From Fibrobacteria bacterium (GTDB taxonomy: Bacteria > Fibrobacterota > Fibrobacteria > UBA11236), in NCBI GenBank assembly GCA_041746255.1, contig JBGTHM010000100.1, positions 120,912 to 184,911 on the forward strand: 64,000 nt of DNA, in the 5' to 3' direction. The notes beneath the pieces are model-generated. The model did not search any database. It saw only the letters and a list, made by a program, of their open reading frames with translations, and was not told the DNA's origin. Numbering within the stretch: position 1 is the stretch's first letter; every line of letters begins with the position of its first letter. Positions 57,579-64,000 of this stretch are shown in pieces. The translations under genes were made by a program, and so were the position numbers.

Positions 57579-58816
57579 ACGTATTTTTTGAAGATCAAGG
57601 TGGCGTTATGCCCGCCGAACCCGAATGAATTCGAGAGAATGGCTTGCACCGGCTTTTCCACCGCCTGGTTGGGCACATAATTCAAATCGCAATCGGGGTC
57701 CGGCTCCACCTGATTGATGGTGGGATGCACCACGCTTTTAACCATGGCCAACATGGCCGCTACCGCTTCCACTGCTCCGGCCGCGCCGAGAGTGTGGCCT
57801 ATCATCGATTTGGTGGAATGTACCATGAGGTTTTGCGCATGCGAGCCGAAGCAGCGTTTGATGGCATTGGTTTCGCCCGCGTCGCCGCGGGGCGTGGAGG
57901 TGCCATGGGCGTTGACCAAGTCGATTTGCTCGGGGTTCATGCCCGCCGACTTAAGCGCCAATTGCATGCAACGGAGACCGCCGTCTCCATCGGGATGCGG
58001 GGCCGTGATATGGTAGGCGTCGCAGCTTTGGCCGAAGCCCGCCACTTCCGCGTAAATGCGCGCGCCGCGTTTTTTGGCGTGCTCGAGCTCTTCCAGAATC
58101 AGGATGCCCGCGCCTTCGGCCATTACGAAACCGTCGCGGCCTTTGTCGAAGGGGCGGCTGGCGCCTTGCGGGTCATCGTTGCGGGTCGAAAGGGCTTTCA
58201 TATTGCCGAAACCGGCGTAGACGATTTCCACCATCGCGCTTTCGCTGCCGCCGGCCACCATGATGTCGGCGTCGCCGCGTTTGATGATTTCGAAGGATTC
58301 GCCCATATTATGGTTGGCGCTGGCGCAGGCCGTAACAATGGTGAAGTTGGGACCGCGCAAGCCCTTTTCAATCGCGAAATAGGCCGTAACCGTATTGGGC
58401 AGAATCATGGGAACGAAGAAGGGGGAAACGCGTTTGTGACCCTTGTGCACCTTGAGCGTTACTTCCGCCTCGTAAGTGCCTACCCCGCCCATGCCGGTGC
58501 CAATGGCTGCGCCGACGCGATCGGGATCGAAACCGCCTTCGGCCAGACCCGCGTCCTTGAACGCTTCGGTGGCGGCCACATGCGCATAAATCACCGCTTT
58601 GTCGAGACGGCGGGCCATTTTCTGATCTTCGAAAAAGGGCATGGCATCGAAATCGGGAACCAGGCCACCGATGCGGCTGCCCATGGTGGCGTTATCGAAG
58701 CGGTCGACAATCTTGATTCCCGACTTGCCCAAAGTGATACCCTCCCAAAAAGAAGGAACGTCAAGACCCAGGGGAGTTAATGCGCCCAAGCCCGTGATGA
58801 CGACACGTTTACTCAT
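57575..58816 (-). CDS. fabF: Beta-ketoacyl-ACP synthase II
   Basis: RVVITGLG, TACAS, SRPFDKGRDGFV, NAHGTST, KSMIGH, NSFGFGGHN. Confidence 0.97.
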   Translation of the reverse strand: MSKRVVITGLGALTPLGLDVPSFWEGITLGKSGIKIVDRFDNATMGSRIGGLVPDFDAMPFFEDQKMARRLDKAVIYAHVAATEAFKDAGLAEGGFDPDRVGAAIGTGMGGVGTYEAEVTLKVHKGHKRVSPFFVPMILPNTVTAYFAIEKGLRGPNFTIVTACASANHNMGESFEIIKRGDADIMVAGGSESAMVEIVYAGFGNMKALSTRNDDPQGASRPFDKGRDGFVMAEGAGILILEELEHAKKRGARIYAEVAGFGQSCDAYHITAPHPDGDGGLRCMQLALKSAGMNPEQIDLVNAHGTSTPRGDAGETNAIKRCFGSHAQNLMVHSTKSMIGHTLGAAGAVEAVAAMLAMVKSVVHPTINQVEPDPDCDLNYVPNQAVEKPVQAILSNSFGFGGHNATLIFKKYV

Positions 58817-58828
58817 TGCTTAATCCTT

Positions 58829-60427
58829 TTATTCTGCGATGGCGGGAGATGCAGGTTCTGAAGCGACGACTACCGGGAGTTTCCGCTCCTCCATCTCCTT
58901 AGTGGTTATTTCCGTGACGGTTCCGAATTGCTCCAGGGCCGCCTGGTGTTTCACGTCTTTTTCCAGTAACTGGGTTTTGGGCCCTACGATAACGATACGC
59001 ATGGCCTCGGGTTTAAAATATTTCCGGAACGCGGCTTCCACTTCCTCTTTTCCCAGGGTTTCGATGCGTTTGCGGTAATTTTCAAAATGGTCGAGATCCC
59101 GGCCCCAAATTTCGCTTTGCGCGAATATGGATGCAGTGGCCGGCGGAGTATCGAAAAGCGAGGGTAGGCTTTTGCTCAGCCCGTCTTTCGCGCGCTGTAA
59201 CTCTTCGTCGGTAATGCCTTTTTCAGCCATTTTCCGCATGGCCTCCAGCACCAACTTGGTGGCATAAGCACCCGTAGAGGCTTTGGTTTGCAAAGAAACG
59301 CCTACGCTACCTTCGCGATGATAATCGCTTTCCACGAAACTGCGGACCCCGTAGGCCAGACCTTCCTCGGAGCGTATGCGCGTCATCAGGCGCGAAGTGA
59401 ACCCTCCTTCGCCGAAAATATAATTGGCCACCACCAGAGGGTAATAGTCCGGATGCGGGCGCTTGACTCCCGGCGCGCCCATTTTAACCGTGGCCTGGCT
59501 GAACTCCCTATCCACCAGATAAACACCGGGTTCGCGCGGTCCCTGAAAGGCGGGAACCGAATCGACCACCCGGCCGCTTACCGCTTTGCGGGTTTTCTCC
59601 GCCTCACCGGCGGCTTTTCCGAATTGCGCAACTAACCGGTTCAAACCCGCTTGCATTTCATCGCGGGTAAATTGGCCGGCTACGCCAATAACCAGACCGT
59701 CCAAACCGAATCCCATGCCCGCCAACTCTTTGAGATGGGCGGGACGGACGGCCTTTACCTCGGCCTCGGTGGCCATCCAATTGGAGGGATGGCTTCCTTG
59801 CGTGACATACTCATACGCCGTAGACATCACGCCTTGAGGAGTATTGTAACGATGCCGGATTCTTTCCAGGTATTTCGCCTGTTGCAAAGCGAAAATTTCC
59901 TTGTCCATACGCGGCTGCAAGGCAACCTCGGGGAGCAAATCCATCAAACCGCCGGCATTTTCCCGCAGCGAACTGAGAGAAGCATTGCTCTGATAATTTC
60001 CCATGCCTACGCTCACAGTGGCGGCCAGAAATTCCAAACTATCCTCCAAAACTTCCGGCGTAAACCGTACCGTACCCCCGTCTTTAAGCATCAGGGAATA
60101 AAGATTGAGCCGCGCCGCGTCCTCGGGCTTTTTCGGAATATGATTATGCCGCCACAGCAAAGTCATATCCAGTAATGCCAAAGTGGAGTCCGGCACCAGA
60201 TAGGCCACAACTCCGCTATCGAGCTCAACCCGGTAATCGCGCGGGTGCGGAGGCGTATAGCGGAACTCCGGAAAATCGATGGCGCTATAATGGGCCGCAA
60301 CCCCAGGCGACTTGTTCTTTCGCTTCGAAGCGGAAGAACCGTCTTGTTGCGTACCCGCGCATCCCGCCACCATTATCAGCGCGGCGGGGAGAAACAGAGT
60401 GGAAAGGGGAACCCATTTGAAATTCAT
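58829..60427 (-). CDS. M16B peptidase non-catalytic partner subunit (lipoprotein)
   Basis: Lipobox VAG-C, no HxxEH, GGFTSRL..IRSEEGLAY R/Y pair. Confidence 0.87.
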   Translation of the reverse strand: MNFKWVPLSTLFLPAALIMVAGCAGTQQDGSSASKRKNKSPGVAAHYSAIDFPEFRYTPPHPRDYRVELDSGVVAYLVPDSTLALLDMTLLWRHNHIPKKPEDAARLNLYSLMLKDGGTVRFTPEVLEDSLEFLAATVSVGMGNYQSNASLSSLRENAGGLMDLLPEVALQPRMDKEIFALQQAKYLERIRHRYNTPQGVMSTAYEYVTQGSHPSNWMATEAEVKAVRPAHLKELAGMGFGLDGLVIGVAGQFTRDEMQAGLNRLVAQFGKAAGEAEKTRKAVSGRVVDSVPAFQGPREPGVYLVDREFSQATVKMGAPGVKRPHPDYYPLVVANYIFGEGGFTSRLMTRIRSEEGLAYGVRSFVESDYHREGSVGVSLQTKASTGAYATKLVLEAMRKMAEKGITDEELQRAKDGLSKSLPSLFDTPPATASIFAQSEIWGRDLDHFENYRKRIETLGKEEVEAAFRKYFKPEAMRIVIVGPKTQLLEKDVKHQAALEQFGTVTEITTKEMEERKLPVVVASEPASPAIAE

Positions 60428-60428
60428 G

Positions 60429-61949
60429 TCACTTCCCCTTTTTTCCGGAACGGACCGCAGTCGTCCCATCTTCTTCCGGAAGAATAAGCCCTACCGTGGA
60501 GTGGTTGCGGTGGAAATATTTCCTGGCTACCGCCATGACCTCCTCCTGCGTCACCCGCTGCACCCGTTCGGGAAATTCGTTGATGTAATTCCAACCACCG
60601 CGCATCTCCCAATAGGCGAGCTCGGTGGCCAATTGTTCCATATTGCGCAAGCTGCGCAGGCTGCGGGCTTTCACCTGGTTTTTAACCCTTACCAATTCGC
60701 GTTCCGAAATGGGATTGGCAGCCAAATCGTCCAGCACCTCCCAAATCGCCTTCTCCACCGACTCGGGTTTAGGGTTGCCTTCGAGCATAGCGTTCACATA
60801 GAAATAGGAAGTGTAGATATTCACGCCGTTGCCGCCTTGCGCGGAAAGCGCGATTTTACCCTGTTGCACCAGCTTTTGATGGAGACGGCCGCTCTTCCCC
60901 GACAGCACTCCTTCCAGAATATCCAACGCATACAAGTCGTCATGCGGAAAACCCGGTGTGTGAAACAGCATATCCAGGCGCGGCTCGGCATCGTTCTTGC
61001 GAACCACCAAGCGCTTTTGCCCCGGCTGCTCCGGCTCTTCCGTCACTACGGGAGGAAACTCCTCTCCACGGGGTATGCCTCCGAAATACCGCTTCACCTT
61101 TTCCAGGGTTTCGTCGATGTCGATATCCCCGGCCAGCACCAAAATGCAATTATTGGGTTTGTAATACTTGCGATAATGCTCTTCCGCATGCCGGCGGGTC
61201 AGATTGGAAAGATCCGACTTATAGCCAATGGTGGGAAAGCGGTAAGGGTGGGCTTCGTAAAACACCCCCATCAACGATTCCCAATAGCGGCCGGTGGGAC
61301 GGTCTTCCACGCGCATTCGCCTTTCTTCCAGCACCACGTCGCGTTCCGGGTAGAACTCCCGCAAAATCGCGTTCTGCATACGATCCGATTCGAGCCATAA
61401 AAACAACTCCAACCTGTTTTTGGGCAAGGTTACGATATAGGCCGTCATGAGATCGGAAGTAAAAGCGTTGAGGCCCGTGCCACCGGCTTTTTCATAGGCC
61501 TCCCAAAGCTCGTATTTGATGAAAAGCTCGCGATGGCCAATCAACAGGGAATCGTAGCGCGCCTGTAATTCCACTCTTGCGGCGGAATCGGAGGCGGGAG
61601 TCCGGTTCAACTTTGCCATCACCTCGTCGATGAGGCGGATGAACTCCGCGTCTTTTTTCAGGTTCTTATCCGGATCCTTGATGCCGACTTTTTTCGTGCC
61701 CTTGAAGAGCATGTGTTCGAGCAAATGCGCGATGCCCGAATTGCCCGGACGTTCATGCACCGATCCAGTAACATAAAAGATACGGCTGGAGACGATGGGC
61801 GCCTGCGGGTTGCGGTGCAATATGACTTTGAGACCGTTATCCAGCTCCGTAAATTTCGCCTCGATGGAAGCGGAAGCCGCAACCGCTCCGAAAACCAATA
61901 TCGCCGCGGCCAAGACCGAAACACATCTTCCTTTGCGGATATTTATCAT
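60429..61949 (-). CDS. M16B zinc peptidase catalytic subunit
   Basis: Signal peptide, GIAHLLEHMLFKGT, NAFTS, LESDRM, ERDVVLEERR. Confidence 0.93.
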   Translation of the reverse strand: MINIRKGRCVSVLAAAILVFGAVAASASIEAKFTELDNGLKVILHRNPQAPIVSSRIFYVTGSVHERPGNSGIAHLLEHMLFKGTKKVGIKDPDKNLKKDAEFIRLIDEVMAKLNRTPASDSAARVELQARYDSLLIGHRELFIKYELWEAYEKAGGTGLNAFTSDLMTAYIVTLPKNRLELFLWLESDRMQNAILREFYPERDVVLEERRMRVEDRPTGRYWESLMGVFYEAHPYRFPTIGYKSDLSNLTRRHAEEHYRKYYKPNNCILVLAGDIDIDETLEKVKRYFGGIPRGEEFPPVVTEEPEQPGQKRLVVRKNDAEPRLDMLFHTPGFPHDDLYALDILEGVLSGKSGRLHQKLVQQGKIALSAQGGNGVNIYTSYFYVNAMLEGNPKPESVEKAIWEVLDDLAANPISERELVRVKNQVKARSLRSLRNMEQLATELAYWEMRGGWNYINEFPERVQRVTQEEVMAVARKYFHRNHSTVGLILPEEDGTTAVRSGKKGK

Positions 61950-63661
61950 GCAATCATCCCCTTTCCATTACGGGACCAATCCTGAATGTCATAGACATAG
62001 CCCTGCTCCGCCAGAAAGAGCTGTCGATTCATCCCGAATTCCTGTTCCTTGGTGTCTTTCGTAATGATGGTATAGAAATGCGCCTGTGAACCGTTGCTCT
62101 TGGGTCTGAGCACCCGGCCGAGACGCTGCGCCTCTTCCTGGCGGCTGCCGAAAGTGCCGGAAATCTGGATGAGCACGTTGGCATCGGGAATATCCACCGC
62201 GAAATTACCCACTTTACTCACCATCAGGGTTTGAATCTTACCCTCGCGGAAATCGCGGAACAGGGTTTCGCGTTGCGAGTTGGGCGTGGCTCCGGTGATA
62301 AGCGGCACTTTTAAAATATGCGCCAAATCGTTCAGCTGCTCCAGGTATTGCCCGATGATGAGCACGCGATCTTCTTTGTGGCGGTTCATCAATTCCTTGA
62401 CCACCGCGGTTTTTTCCGGATTGGTCGAAGCCTGTGTAACCTTTTTGCGCAAATCCGCCATGGCATAGGCCATCTTCTCGTCAGACCGGAGCCCGATGCG
62501 GATTTCGATACAAACGGCCGTAGCAATCCAGCCCTGCTTTTCCAGAATCTTCCAAGGCACTTCAAATTTCTTGGGGCCGATCAAAGAAAAAACATCCTTC
62601 TGCCGTCCGTCCTCGCGCACCAGGGTGGCGGTAAGACCCAAGCGGCGGGTAGCCTGCATCTCCGCCGAAATGCGAAACACCGGCGCGGGCAGCAAATGCA
62701 CTTCGTCATAGATGATAAGGCCCCAATTGGCGCGCTCGAATAAATCGAAATGCGGGTACTCCTGGGTTTTACGTTTGCGATAGGTGATGATTTGATAGGT
62801 CGCCACGGTAACGGGGGCGATATTCTTGGTATCTCCCGTATATTCCTTCACCTGATCTTCCGTCAAAGTGGTTTTGTCGAGAATTTCGCGAATCCACTGC
62901 CGCGCCGCCGTAACATTGGTGGTTAAAACGAGGGTTTGCGTCTGGCATTGCACCATAGCGGCCAGACCGATAACCGTCTTGCCCGCCCCGCAAGGCAGCA
63001 CAATGACCCCGGAGCCGCCCTTGGCGCTACCTCCGGCGTGAAAGACGGTCGCCGCATCGGTTTGATAATCGCGCAGCTTGAGGGGGTCTCCACCCACCAT
63101 GGTTTCGCGCAAACTCATTTGCAACGGAGTGCCGGTTACATATCCGGCCAAATCCTCGGCGGGAAACCCCACATCGGTCAGCGCCACCTTCAACCATCCC
63201 CGACTATGGGGTTTCAATAAGGCGCGACGGTCATCCAAAGGCTTCTCGATATAATCCTTGGTGTTCTTATGATTGATCACTTCGGCGAGCAAGGCGGGGT
63301 CATCGCTTTCGAGAATGAGATTGCCATCTTCGCGCACGAACCGCAAACGGCCATAGCGGCTCATAAACGTTTCGATTTCGGTGATTAAATTAACCGGCAG
63401 GTCGAAGCGGGAAAGCGAGGTTAGAATTCCCAGCACCTCCTCCGCCTTATGCCCCGACGAAGCGGCATTCCACAACGATAAGGGCGAAATGCTATAAGTG
63501 TGGATATGCTCCGGGCTTTTAAGCAGCTCGGTAAAAGGCGCGATTCTGTCACGGGCATCCGCATATTGGGGATGGTCCACTTCCAACAGAATGGTCATAT
63601 CACTTTGTACGATCAGCGGGCCGGGCACGGCTTGGCCAGTTTGGGTAGCGATCAATAGCAC
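61946..63661 (-). CDS. XPB/Rad25 (ERCC3-like) DNA repair helicase
   Basis: PLIVQSD.TILLEV..KSPEHIHTY N-terminal domain, LRDYQ, LPCGAGKT, DEVH, GLTATLVRED, GSRQEEAQRLGR. Confidence 0.95.
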   Translation of the reverse strand: MLLIATQTGQAVPGPLIVQSDMTILLEVDHPQYADARDRIAPFTELLKSPEHIHTYSISPLSLWNAASSGHKAEEVLGILTSLSRFDLPVNLITEIETFMSRYGRLRFVREDGNLILESDDPALLAEVINHKNTKDYIEKPLDDRRALLKPHSRGWLKVALTDVGFPAEDLAGYVTGTPLQMSLRETMVGGDPLKLRDYQTDAATVFHAGGSAKGGSGVIVLPCGAGKTVIGLAAMVQCQTQTLVLTTNVTAARQWIREILDKTTLTEDQVKEYTGDTKNIAPVTVATYQIITYRKRKTQEYPHFDLFERANWGLIIYDEVHLLPAPVFRISAEMQATRRLGLTATLVREDGRQKDVFSLIGPKKFEVPWKILEKQGWIATAVCIEIRIGLRSDEKMAYAMADLRKKVTQASTNPEKTAVVKELMNRHKEDRVLIIGQYLEQLNDLAHILKVPLITGATPNSQRETLFRDFREGKIQTLMVSKVGNFAVDIPDANVLIQISGTFGSRQEEAQRLGRVLRPKSNGSQAHFYTIITKDTKEQEFGMNRQLFLAEQGYVYDIQDWSRNGKGMIA

Positions 63662-63857
63662 CTCGAGGGTTGTCGAAAACTAAGCTGAAGCCCGATGGAC
63701 TCCCAACCAAAAAGTGGCCATTAGGGCCTCGAAGCCAGCTAATTTACAAAAAATGGCCGGATTTCCCCTTTATTTCCCCTGTGGCCCCCAGGGAAGGGCG
63801 AGAAAATCAGGGTAAGGGGAACTCCAGGGGGTTTGGGGATTCATAGGCCGAACGAAC

Positions 63858-64000
63858 TTAGAGTGCCTAACAGAATGGGGTTTGTAGCGAGGGCGAGCGA
63901 GGAAGTTCAGGGCGAGGCCCGAGGCCTTGAGAACCCTGAAGGCGTGGCTGGAGGCCACGTCGATGGGTTTGAAAGGTCGAGAACGACGCCCTGGACTTTC
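63858..64000. mobile_element. Long imperfect palindromic (MITE/REP-like) element, truncated by the window edge
   Basis: Nested inverted repeats centred near 63951: 63901-63914 with 63987-64000, 63923-63928 with 63973-63978, 63931-63936 with 63965-63970, 63941-63948 with 63954-63961. Confidence 0.55.

Noticed and set aside
57644..58780. 378-aa plus-strand ORF, and similar long antisense ORFs at 20293-21354, 60312-61400, 17205-18395 and 4435-5382
   Set aside because: Shadow frames of well-supported GC-rich genes, with no recognisable motifs.

Overview
Bacterial chromosome segment, most likely from a Fibrobacterota (FCB-group) organism, inferred from a fibro-slime protein and many secreted proteins with Fibrobacter/T9SS-like C-terminal tails. 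Left to right it contains: (1) the end of moxR and a complete Bat operon; (2) two giant paralogous surface proteins with different heads (fibro-slime/PA14 and VWA) on a shared stalk and C-terminal anchor; (3) leuS-rdgB and an aldo/keto reductase; (4) a beta-helix lipoprotein divergent from a ~2200-aa Ig/FN3/chitobiase-repeat protein; (5) a seven-gene caa3-type cytochrome c oxidase cassette with extra cytochromes c; (6) an accessory region of about 17 kb with secreted glycan-active or protease proteins and several gene remnants; (7) a housekeeping operon (XPB-like helicase, two M16 peptidases, fabF, hypothetical, trmH); (8) a truncated long-hairpin MITE-like element at the right edge. The best candidate for an undescribed system is a three-gene operon at 47.6-50.4 kb: DUF4266, a His-rich AztD-like propeller lipoprotein, and a DUF3570 barrel whose predicted flavinylation motif is flanked by His-rich tracts. 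It lacks the apbE and thioredoxin genes usually found beside DUF4266/DUF3570. No rRNA, tRNA or CRISPR array was recognised. All family calls come from motif recognition by eye; no searches were run.
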